Shown here: piece by piece, positions 47,671-56,176 of the stretch | How positions within the stretch are numbered: the first letter of the stretch is position 1 | Layout of the letters: each line of letters opens with the position of its first letter | Source of the DNA: Candidatus Poribacteria bacterium | GTDB lineage: Bacteria; Poribacteria; WGA-4E; GCA-2687025 | Length of the DNA stretch: 64,000 nt | Reading direction: 5' to 3' | Assembly: GCA_963665845.2 (NCBI GenBank) | Contig: OY762492.1 | Location: forward strand, 2,528,001-2,592,000 | Translations under genes and position numbers: made by a program | Notes under the pieces: generated by a model | Told to the model about the DNA's origin: nothing | Databases searched by the model: none | Seen by the model: only the letters and a program-made list of their open reading frames with translations

Positions 47671-48651
47671 TTAAAGCAGGCGCGCCGCGTCCTTCGCAAA
47701 GTAGGTGATGATCATATCGGCGCCCGCCCGCGCGATGCTTGTCAGCGACTCCAGCGCCGCCGCCTGTTCATCCAGCCAGCCCAGACGCGCCGCCGCCTTG
47801 ATCATCGCATATTCGCCGCTCACCTGATACGCCGCAATCGGCGTGTCAAACCGACCGCGCGCCGCCCGTATCACATCCAGATACGGCATCGCCGGCTTCA
47901 CCATCGCAATGTCCGCGCCCTCCTGTATGTCCAGCTCGATCTCGCGCAGCGCCTCCCGAACGTTCGGCGGGTCCATCTGATAAGAGCGTCGGTCGCCGAA
48001 CTGCGGCGCCGAGTCGGCCGCCTCGCGGAACGGGCCGTAAAACGCGGAGGCATATTTTGCCGCATAGGACATGATCGGAATATGAGAGCGCCCCGCCGCG
48101 TCCAGAGCCGAGCGGATCGCGCCGACCCGCCCGTCCATCATATCGGAAGGGGCGACCATATCCGCGCCCGCCTGCGCATGCGACAGGGCGGTCTCGGCGA
48201 GAAGCGCGGCGGTCGGGTCGTTCTCCACAACGCCATGCGCATTCAACTTGCCGCAATGCCCATGATCCGTATAGGCGCACAGGCAGACGTCCGCAATGAG
48301 CAGGAGCGAGGGGCATGCGCTTTTCAACGCGCGGAGCGCTTCTTGGACGGCGCCGTGCGGGTCGCGCGACTCGGAGCCGACAGCGTCTTTGCGCGCCGGG
48401 ACGCCGAACAGCAGCGCCGCCGGTATGCCGAGAGAAACCAGCTCGGACGCCTCCTCAACGAGAAGGTCGGGGCTGAGCTGCGCGCAGCCGGGCATCGACT
48501 CGATGGGTCTCCGGACGCCCTCGCCATGAACGGCGAAAAGCGGGTAGATGAACCGATCGGGCGACAGGCGCGTTTCCCGGATCAGACGCCGATGAGCGTC
48601 CGAAGCGCGCATACGGCGCATGCGGAGAGGCAGGTTCAATGCGTGTTTCAT
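47671..48651 (-). CDS. hemB: Porphobilinogen synthase
   Basis: [43 protein letters not shown]. Confidence 0.97.
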   Translation of the reverse strand: MKHALNLPLRMRRMRASDAHRRLIRETRLSPDRFIYPLFAVHGEGVRRPIESMPGCAQLSPDLLVEEASELVSLGIPAALLFGVPARKDAVGSESRDPHGAVQEALRALKSACPSLLLIADVCLCAYTDHGHCGKLNAHGVVENDPTAALLAETALSHAQAGADMVAPSDMMDGRVGAIRSALDAAGRSHIPIMSYAAKYASAFYGPFREAADSAPQFGDRRSYQMDPPNVREALREIELDIQEGADIAMVKPAMPYLDVIRAARGRFDTPIAAYQVSGEYAMIKAAARLGWLDEQAAALESLTSIARAGADMIITYFAKDAARLL

Positions 48652-48698
48652 ACGACGCATTATGCCAGCGTTTGGGAAGGCGCGTCAAGAGGGCGGAG

Positions 48699-48912
48699 CC
48701 GACCCCATGCGTAAAGTTGGGAAAGTTGGACGCGCAAAACCTTTCTTCATGGGAAAAATGTCCCGCCAACCAGACCGTCATTCCCGCGCCCCTCTCCTCG
48801 TCATTCCCGCGCCCCTCTCCTCGTCATTCCCGCGTAAGCGGGAATCTTAAGGCATCGCAACCGCCGCGCCCGTTCTTTAAACCCCCCTAGCCCCCTTTCA
48901 AGGGGGGAATCG
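48699..48912. repeat. Family-A end, partial palindrome tandem and CCCCTT/AAGGGG hairpin
   Basis: cgtcattcccgcg three times at a ~22-bp period. Confidence 0.75.
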
Positions 48913-48949
48913 TACGGGGCGCGTCAAGCGGGCGGAGCCGCCAAGCCCG

Positions 48950-50440
48950 TCAATCGATACCGATCGCGCTAAGGTCGATATCGGTCATGCTATGGTCGAT
49001 ATCGATCTCGCCAAGGTCAAGCTCATACACCTTCAGATTCGGGTCGTTCTCACGCCCCCACATATGCTCACGCTCGAATTCAGTGAACGGTTTGAAACCG
49101 ACCTCCAATGCCCTTTGAATCTCTTCAAGCTCGCTCCGCAGCGACTCCGTATCGCTTTCGGACGACGCGCCGCTCAGACGCGCTTGTAAATCTGCCTGCT
49201 TTTGCAGCAGCGTCTCCTTGAACTGAAGTTGCTCTTCTGAATATACGCGCCGCTTGCGGAATTTGATGATGTATTTTTCATGCGGAAGCATCCTGATGAC
49301 CTGGCCGTTTGGCAAGGTCCTCTTTTGATGCGGCATCTCGTCTGGATCCAGCCTGCCCGACCGCACCAGTAAAACCGCTGGATGAAAATCGTACCAAGCA
49401 GGATATCGCGGATCGTAGCTGGAATTAGCCCCCTGTTGATGATAGTACTTTTTCAGCGCTTCCCACACATAAGCGTATTCTGGGTCGTGTTCAATCTTAG
49501 CTTTCATCGCGTCGGTGGCTTTGTTCATTGCCTCTTGCTTCGGCAGTATCTGAATCAGCGCGTCGTATTCGACGCCTGTGATACGGGCGCATTCGCCCAT
49601 CGCGTCGTCCCAAGACAGCAGCTCCACAGGAGGCTTGGAGCTTTTGACTTCGGGTGTTTCGCTTGTCGAAGGATTGGCAGCGCCGGACGCTTCCTCTTCC
49701 ACCTCTGGGATGAATCGAGGCGTCTGATCTTCAGGTCTGAGCGGCGAATCGTCCAGCCTAGGCGACTGGGCAGCGTCGGGCGCGCTTCTTTCGTCCGCTG
49801 GTTCGCGTCCGCTCAATAGCATCCACAGCGCGGCAGCGGCCGCCAATGCAACCGCGGTTCCGACAATTTTTGTAGTGTTCGACACGAGCAAAACTCCTCC
49901 CCAAGCCGCGCGTTTGAAGCCTCCAAACACGAAGACCAGCGCGGCGCCTATCGATTTGAATATCTTGCGAAGACGTTTTTTGGCGCGGTGAATTCGCAGC
50001 GCGACCGCCGAATAGGACAACCCATGCCGTGCCTGCAGTTCAGCGTAGGAGGCGTCCTCCATATACCGGGCGCGCAGCAGCTCTCGATCCGAGCGGCTCA
50101 ACGACTCCATCGCTTGATGAAGGCGCCGATTCCGCTCCGCCTCTTCGACGGCGTCATGCGGCGTTCTCCAGTCGATCAGTTCGGGAATATCCTCCATCGG
50201 CTCTTCCCGCTTTTTTCGATTCCATTCCCGCGCCAGGTTGCGCGCAATGGCGGCGATCCATCGGTCAAACTTCTCCGCGTCGCGCAGCTGATGCTGTTTG
50301 GAATAGGCGCGCAGCAGCGTTTCTTGAACGAAATCGTCCAGATCGGCGCGGTTGCGCAGCTTCCGCTGTCCGATGCGCCGGATATTCTCCATCTGGCTCA
50401 AGGCGGCGTCGTCGAAGTTGAACCGATCGGATAAGCTCAT
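48950..50440 (-). CDS. ECF sigma-70 factor fused to TM segment and large C-terminal extension
   Basis: DDFVQETLLRAY..F.RW...IARN (region 2), SY.E....GLS...V..RIHRAKKRLRK (region 4), then hydrophobic helix. Confidence 0.85.
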   Translation of the reverse strand: MSLSDRFNFDDAALSQMENIRRIGQRKLRNRADLDDFVQETLLRAYSKQHQLRDAEKFDRWIAAIARNLAREWNRKKREEPMEDIPELIDWRTPHDAVEEAERNRRLHQAMESLSRSDRELLRARYMEDASYAELQARHGLSYSAVALRIHRAKKRLRKIFKSIGAALVFVFGGFKRAAWGGVLLVSNTTKIVGTAVALAAAAALWMLLSGREPADERSAPDAAQSPRLDDSPLRPEDQTPRFIPEVEEEASGAANPSTSETPEVKSSKPPVELLSWDDAMGECARITGVEYDALIQILPKQEAMNKATDAMKAKIEHDPEYAYVWEALKKYYHQQGANSSYDPRYPAWYDFHPAVLLVRSGRLDPDEMPHQKRTLPNGQVIRMLPHEKYIIKFRKRRVYSEEQLQFKETLLQKQADLQARLSGASSESDTESLRSELEEIQRALEVGFKPFTEFEREHMWGRENDPNLKVYELDLGEIDIDHSMTDIDLSAIGID

Positions 50441-50524
50441 AAAACGTCCTCCCTACCCTAATTGATGAATGGGGGCGGTTTATTTTACATCTTTTTGCGT
50501 TTTATGTGCGTTCTAGGGCGCGGC

Positions 50525-50915
50525 GGCTTTCTAGACTTCCCCCTTGAAAGGGGGGCTGGGGGGGTTTCCGCGGACGCGGCGGCTTTCTGGACTCCCCCCT
50601 TGAAAAGGGGGGTTTTTGCGGACGCGGCGGCTTTCTGGACTCCCCCTTGAAAAGGGGGGCTGGGGGGGTTTCCGCGGACGCGGACAGCGCGCGCGGCGGC
50701 TAAGATTCCCGCTTACGCGGGAATGACGATCCGGGGAAACGGCGCGGATGGGAGACGCAAAGCGTTGGGGGTTGCCTCTGGATTCCCGCACGTTTTACCG
50801 CAAGGGCGGGAATGCATGCCCTCGCGGAAGCGGGGGACGGCCTGGTTGGCAACGCTTTTTCCCATGAATAAAGCGATCGTCGGTTCAAATGTCCCAACTA
50901 AAGGCGTTAGGTCAG
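50525..50915. repeat. Compound repeat cluster
   Basis: Three CCCCCTTGAAAAGGGGG hairpins, two palindromes, family-A end at 50890-50915. Confidence 0.85.
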
Positions 50916-50973
50916 AGCCTAGCGGTTGACAAAAAAACGCGCCCCCGCCCAAAAGCGCGGCTATTATAAAGAC

Positions 50974-51687
50974 ATGCTGCGTCGACTTTCACAACTCGCG
51001 TTCAGCTTCGCCGGCATCAACGCCGCGGGTCTTGCCGCCTTCACTGTTCTTGTCTGGCGGCTCGCCGAAAAAGGTTTTGAGCTGATACAGCTGACCTATA
51101 TCACCATCCTTGCGAACGTGTATATCTGCGTCGTGCCGCATGAGCCGCTGCTGCTTTACTACGGCAGTAAAGATATGTGTGGTTTCTTGAGCGCCTCCAT
51201 CGTTTCCGCCTACGGCGCCTTCGCCGCCGGCGTCATCGATTACGAAACGCTGCGCCCCTTTTTTAGACATGACCGCGTGCGGAAGCTGTACGCCGACCGC
51301 CGCTCCTATCAAATCGGCGTGCGCTGGTTTTACAAAATGCCGTTCCTGGTCATGTTTCTCGCCGCCTTGACGCCCGCGCCGTTGTTTCCGTTTAAGTTCA
51401 TGGCGTTCTCGTCCGGCTACGGCAAATACCGGTATCTCGCCGCCATCACGCTGGGGCGGTTCCCGCGCTATCTGCTTTATACATGGGTTGCTGCTCAGTG
51501 GAACATCCCGAACTGGGCGATTGTTGCGCTCGTTCTGTTGACGGCGGCGGTCGCGGGGTGGGGGTTCCTGCGGGCGAAGTGGAAAAGCCGCCGTTCAGAC
51601 CAAGCGCAGGAGGAACCGTATGAAAAAACGCCCGACGAAAACGCGCCGCTTCAATCGCGCCAAAAACAGGACTCCGCCGGCGCCTGA
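50974..51687 (+). CDS. DedA/YqaA (VTT/SNARE-associated) family membrane protein
   Basis: VPHEPLL, ALTPAP.FPF, GRFPRY; several TM helices. Confidence 0.7.
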   Translation: MLRRLSQLAFSFAGINAAGLAAFTVLVWRLAEKGFELIQLTYITILANVYICVVPHEPLLLYYGSKDMCGFLSASIVSAYGAFAAGVIDYETLRPFFRHDRVRKLYADRRSYQIGVRWFYKMPFLVMFLAALTPAPLFPFKFMAFSSGYGKYRYLAAITLGRFPRYLLYTWVAAQWNIPNWAIVALVLLTAAVAGWGFLRAKWKSRRSDQAQEEPYEKTPDENAPLQSRQKQDSAGA

Positions 51688-52835
51688 TACGCCACATCCA
51701 GCTCCGGCGTCTCCAGTTTCTCCTGTCCCCGATGCAGCGACTCCACCCCAAAATACACCTGCCCCGTCGTCAACAGCGTCCGCTCCACCGGATAGGTTGG
51801 GCTGCCCGTCAGAAACATCTTTTCAAGGTTGTCGCACAGCGGGCTGAAGAAGCTGGCTAGGGTGGTGTGTCGAGGCGGCATCGGCAGATACATCTGCGTC
51901 GACTGAATGGAGCCGTCCCCCATGCGCGCCGCGAAGTTGAAGTCCAGGAGAAAGCCGTTCAGCAGGATCATCGTCGTTTTCAACCCGTCCCGATGCTCCA
52001 TCAGATAGGCGGTCGGATCTGGGCAGACCTCCTGAATGCGGTCGTTTTGGAAGTCGATGTCGGAGCTGTCGCCTCGGCGGGGCTGGCGGGTGAAGCTGCG
52101 GGCGACGGCGGCGGTCAACAGCTCTTCATCGAACGCGCCGTCCTCCATCGCTTTCCAGACCGCTTCGCCGCGCAGCGCGTGAAGCGACTTGAGTCCGACC
52201 TCGCCGTCTCCGCGCCGCTCCACCATGCATTGCGCCGTTTCCAGCCCGTGAAAGTCGTAGCTGTCGACGCCGCCGTAGCAGGCGCAGATCGCTTCGCGTA
52301 TCTCGACGCCGAGCGGAAACTCCAGCGCCGGCAGCCGCCAGGTCACCGGCAGCGACGACCCCGCCATGAACGCGAATCCAAGCTCGCGCGAGATGTCGAC
52401 CATCTCAACCGCCTGATTCCAGTCGTACGAGAGATGCTTGTCGTTGAAAACGGGAACCGCCCTGCCGCTGTCTCTAAATACCTCAACCATCTCCATAAAA
52501 AATTCGTAGCGCGGGTAGAGATGCTGCCCCTTGTCGTTGCGTTCGTATTGCCCGTGTTCGCCGATGATGAGAACGCCGTCGACGGCAAGCGTTTCGCCGC
52601 CCAGCGTCAGCGCTTCGGCGATGGTCGGGTAGATGGGGACGCCGAAACGCTCGGAGCGGTCTTGGCTCAAGTCGCGCTCATCCGTCTGGTCAACATACAT
52701 GGACGCGATCTGAACGTCAGGGGTGTGATGCCGCCCCTGCCATCCGTAGCCTTCTAGGAATCGGTCGACAATATGCTGCGCGTGGGAGTATTTGTGGTAG
52801 ATCGTGTTGAGAGCGGCGATTTTTTTCGGGGGCAT
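51651..52835 (-). CDS. Conserved hypothetical Rossmann-fold oxidoreductase-like protein
   Basis: LAVDGVLIIGEHG.Y, PVFNDKHL, MAGSSLP, YDFHGLE; start ATG 52835 after AGGAG. Confidence 0.75.
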   Translation of the reverse strand: MPPKKIAALNTIYHKYSHAQHIVDRFLEGYGWQGRHHTPDVQIASMYVDQTDERDLSQDRSERFGVPIYPTIAEALTLGGETLAVDGVLIIGEHGQYERNDKGQHLYPRYEFFMEMVEVFRDSGRAVPVFNDKHLSYDWNQAVEMVDISRELGFAFMAGSSLPVTWRLPALEFPLGVEIREAICACYGGVDSYDFHGLETAQCMVERRGDGEVGLKSLHALRGEAVWKAMEDGAFDEELLTAAVARSFTRQPRRGDSSDIDFQNDRIQEVCPDPTAYLMEHRDGLKTTMILLNGFLLDFNFAARMGDGSIQSTQMYLPMPPRHTTLASFFSPLCDNLEKMFLTGSPTYPVERTLLTTGQVYFGVESLHRGQEKLETPELDVAYQAPAESCFWRD

Positions 52836-52892
52836 GTCTCGTCTCCTTTTGACCACGTTAGCATAGGCGGCGGAGCGGTTCAAGCCTGCCGT

Positions 52893-53062
52893 CTGACCCC
52901 ATGACGAAAAAGTTGGGACATTTGAACCAACGATCGCTCTATTCATGGGAAAAAGGCGCCGCCAACCAAACGGTCATTCCCGCGCAAGCGGGAATCCAGA
53001 GGCGCCGCAGAAACCGTCCGCGTTCGCCAAGCGGAATGTCCCAACTAAAGACGTAAGGTCAG
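52893..53062. mobile_element. MITE-like element family A
   Basis: TIRs ctgaccccatgacgaaaaagttgggacat / atgtcccaactaaagacgtaaggtcag. Confidence 0.75.
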
Positions 53063-53070
53063 AATCTCGC

Positions 53071-53099
53071 TTTACAATCCAAGGCGCAGGGGCTATACT
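53071..53099 (+). promoter_or_regulatory. Sigma70-type promoter, probably giving a leaderless mRNA
   Basis: TTTACA-17 bp-TATACT, ATG 53106 seven nt downstream, no RBS. Confidence 0.55.
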
Positions 53100-53105
53100 A
53101 TGGGC

Positions 53106-53642
53106 ATGAAAGATACGCAGGATCAGCTCATCGACAACCAAGCCAAAATCATGCTGCGGCAGGATGAGTCCGCTGAAACGCTAAAACGGCTTGTCAATAT
53201 AGAGTCACGGGATCACGTCCTAAACTTAAAATTCAAGCTTGGTTTTCTTTTGGTTCTGTTTTTCATCGACAGAATGGACATACGCAAATTCAAACTTATG
53301 TGGAGCTGCATTACGCCGTACCGCGAAGTATTTCTGGATAAAATTTATGCCGCCAAAGATGATGGAACGCTCACTTTGGAACAAACCAGGCGGATTCTAG
53401 CGGTTGATCTGGTTGCGGTCGGCAAGCAAATTGGCGCCAAGAGCGACACATGGATCGCCGTCGAAGCGTCCAGCGTCATTGAGAAAAACGACATAGACCG
53501 CGTAAAAGAATCGGCAAACCTTCTGAGCCTTGTTTATGAAGCCGACTCTATCGCCGCCGCTGTAGGTTACGAGATCCCCGACCAGACGCGCCGATACGCC
53601 GAAGCGTCTGACGTAGAGATCATCCTTCTTCAATCGTCGTAA
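53106..53642 (+). CDS. Hypothetical protein with possible PD-(D/E)XK-like fold
   Basis: DLV...IAVEAS..I...DIDR pattern; lower GC. Confidence 0.6.
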   Translation: MKDTQDQLIDNQAKIMLRQDESAETLKRLVNIESRDHVLNLKFKLGFLLVLFFIDRMDIRKFKLMWSCITPYREVFLDKIYAAKDDGTLTLEQTRRILAVDLVAVGKQIGAKSDTWIAVEASSVIEKNDIDRVKESANLLSLVYEADSIAAAVGYEIPDQTRRYAEASDVEIILLQSS

Positions 53643-53863
53643 ACCGCCCGAACTCGATCCTCCGCCGCCGCGTCCAGCGACGTCACGGCGACATGAAAAA
53701 AATCTGCCTCCAGCTCTATCGAAATCGTCAAGGAGCGCAAACCCGCCTCAAAAAGGGCGTCCTCCACCAAACGCCCCACCGCGCGGGCGCGCAAACCTTC
53801 ATGCCGCGCCCCTGGCGCAAAGCGCGGGTCTAGCCGCTCCGTCTCATTCTTCCGCATCGTCCA
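53630..53863 (-). CDS. Small hypothetical protein (start uncertain)
   Basis: 3' part of ORF 53630-53950 overlapping the TPR gene stop. Confidence 0.35.
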   Translation of the reverse strand, partial: WTMRKNETERLDPRFAPGARHEGLRARAVGRLVEDALFEAGLRSLTISIELEADFFHVAVTSLDAAAEDRVRAVYDD

Positions 53864-54656
53864 TCTCCTCAAACAGCTCCGAGCCGCGCAATATATCTTC
53901 CCGCGACAACACATCCATCGGGCCGGTCGTCTGATTCGCCAGCTCGTCAAACGCGGGATTTCCTCTCAACGGGGCTAAATTCTCATCTTCCGCCGCCGTC
54001 CGCCCCCAGCCCGTATTCAGCTCCGCCGCCGCGAGCGCATACTTCAGCCCTTTCTCCAGATCGCCCGCTTTAACCGCAATCACGGCGAGGCAGTAGCTCG
54101 GCGCCGGCCAGTCGGGGCGCGCTTTCGCCGCCGCTTCAAAATGCGGACGCGCCGCCTCATACTGCTCCCTCCCAAAATACAGCTGCGCCAGGTCAAAATG
54201 CGCCTCCACATAATCGGGTTTCAGCGCAATCGCGCGAAGCCAGGACGCCGCCGCTTCGTCCGCGCGGTTCGGCGGCCCGTCCATATACGCGCAGCCCATG
54301 TTGTAGTGGATGAAAGCGTCCTCAGGGTCTAAATCAAGAGCGGCGCGGTAGGCGCGCTCCATCTCCTCCGCGTCGCCCGCCTCGCGCGCGTGGAATGCCT
54401 GCCATAGATGCGTCTGGAGCAGTCTGTGCCGCGCCTCCTCGTCCGCATCGTCCTTTTTCAAAAGCCGTTTGTAGATCTCCTGCGCCGCCTCATACCGCTC
54501 CATAAAAGAATGTATTCGCGCGAGCAGATGCAGGGCGTCTAGATCGTCAGGCTTCCGCTCCAGTCGCTCCTCCACAATCGCTTTCGCCCCCTCTAGGTCG
54601 TCCGCTTCAAGCGCCTTGGCCGCCCTTGAAAGCCATCGCGTTCTCAACAAGTTCAT
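53844..54656 (-). CDS. Tetratricopeptide repeat protein
   Basis: ALDLDPEDA..HYNMG, AIALKPDYVEAHFDLA repeats. Confidence 0.88.
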   Translation of the reverse strand: MNLLRTRWLSRAAKALEADDLEGAKAIVEERLERKPDDLDALHLLARIHSFMERYEAAQEIYKRLLKKDDADEEARHRLLQTHLWQAFHAREAGDAEEMERAYRAALDLDPEDAFIHYNMGCAYMDGPPNRADEAAASWLRAIALKPDYVEAHFDLAQLYFGREQYEAARPHFEAAAKARPDWPAPSYCLAVIAVKAGDLEKGLKYALAAAELNTGWGRTAAEDENLAPLRGNPAFDELANQTTGPMDVLSREDILRGSELFEEMDDAEE

Positions 54657-56122
54657 GCTTCCTCCTCCAGCGCTTCCATGAGTCGCCCGCGCCGCGCATA
54701 CAGCCGCTCATACGCCTCGACCGAGTCGCGTTTCGGCTCAAACAGCTTCGTCGGCGTTTTCAGGCGTTTCCATGCTTCTTCGGTTGAATCGACCGCGCCG
54801 ACGCCGACCATCGCCAGCGCCGCCGCGCCCAGCGCCGTCACCTCCGCCGCGCCTGACAGCTCCACCGGCATGTTCAACACATCCGCCAAGATTTGTCCGA
54901 ACAGCTCATTTTTGGCAAACCCGCCGCCGACCAGCAGCGACGACGCCTCGGCGCCCATCGCTTCTTTGGAGTCGCGCGTCTGAAAGGCGAGACCCTCCAG
55001 AACCGCCCTGACAGCGTTTCCAGGCTCCATTCCATCCGCCCAGCCGAGAACGGCGCTGGGAACCTGCGGGTTGGGTCCTGTGCCGGCGACAAAGGTCGGG
55101 TTGATGAGGACGCCGCCGCTTCCCGGCTCCGCCTCCGCCGCGAGCGCGGACGCCTCCGCCGCAGACGACCCCGGCAGCCACATCCGCCGCACAAGGTCGA
55201 ACGCCAGCCCGCCAATCATATGCCCCTGTATGTTGAAACCGCCCAGGACGCCCTCGTTTTGAGGGTTGCGCTGCCACAGGATATTGCGCCGCCGCTGCGC
55301 TGACGACACGGACGCCTCGTCCCTAGAGCCGACCAGAATGCTCCATGTGCCGGTCGAATACAGCAGGCTTTCCCGCAGATCTCGGCATGCGCCGGCGACC
55401 GCTACCGCCGTGTCATGCCCGCCCGCGCATACGGGGATGCCCGCCGGCAATCCAGAGATCGTTGACGCCTCCTGGCGAACCTCCCCCGCAATACCGCTCG
55501 GACAGCCAACCTGTTTCGGAAATTTATTGGGAACATCGAACGCCTCAAACAGCCGCTCCGCCCAGGCGTTTCGTTCAAGGTCGTACAGCATGCTGGTGGT
55601 CGCCATCGTCTGCTCGGCGGCGCGTTCGCCGGTCAGCCGCTCAACAAACAGCTGCGGCATCATCAAGAAAGCGTCCGCCTCCTCCAAAACTTCCGGGCGC
55701 CGCTCGCGCAGCCAGCGCAAGCTAAACGCCGTATTAAAATAGAACGGCGGCGCGCCCGTCTGTTCATAAACCGCGTCCAGATCCATGCGCTCTTCCGCCC
55801 ACTCCAGCTGCTCCTGCGTTCGCTGGCACTTCCACGAGATGACGGGATAGATCAGCTCCCCGCGCGCGTCTACAGCCCCCCAGCAGACGCCGAAGGTTGT
55901 GATGTTCACCGCGCGCGGCTCCGCTTCATGCTCGCTCAACAGCTCGCGCGTCAGCTCGCAAAAATGAACCCAAAAACGCTCCACCGGCCATATAAGCCCG
56001 TCTTCAGTTTGCGCCGCGTCGGTCGGCCGCGACTTCGACCCTAAAACGCGCCCGTCCAACGCGACCAGCAGAACCGAAGCGTTTGTCGCTCCGCAGTCCC
56101 ATACCACGATGCCTTCCTGCAT
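54653..56122 (-). CDS. FGGY carbohydrate kinase (L-fuculokinase-like)
   Basis: DCGATN, YPVISWKC.RT, GGHDT, STGTW, VGGG. Confidence 0.88.
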   Translation of the reverse strand: MQEGIVVWDCGATNASVLLVALDGRVLGSKSRPTDAAQTEDGLIWPVERFWVHFCELTRELLSEHEAEPRAVNITTFGVCWGAVDARGELIYPVISWKCQRTQEQLEWAEERMDLDAVYEQTGAPPFYFNTAFSLRWLRERRPEVLEEADAFLMMPQLFVERLTGERAAEQTMATTSMLYDLERNAWAERLFEAFDVPNKFPKQVGCPSGIAGEVRQEASTISGLPAGIPVCAGGHDTAVAVAGACRDLRESLLYSTGTWSILVGSRDEASVSSAQRRRNILWQRNPQNEGVLGGFNIQGHMIGGLAFDLVRRMWLPGSSAAEASALAAEAEPGSGGVLINPTFVAGTGPNPQVPSAVLGWADGMEPGNAVRAVLEGLAFQTRDSKEAMGAEASSLLVGGGFAKNELFGQILADVLNMPVELSGAAEVTALGAAALAMVGVGAVDSTEEAWKRLKTPTKLFEPKRDSVEAYERLYARRGRLMEALEEEA

Positions 56123-56176
56123 GCGCTCCGCCTTTCCATGCTTGAACGCCGTTTAGCCCGCTCCGTTCGTCTTATC

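Noticed and set aside
50926-50967. TTGACA...TATTAT promoter
   Set aside because: Spacing of about 30 bp is incompatible with sigma70
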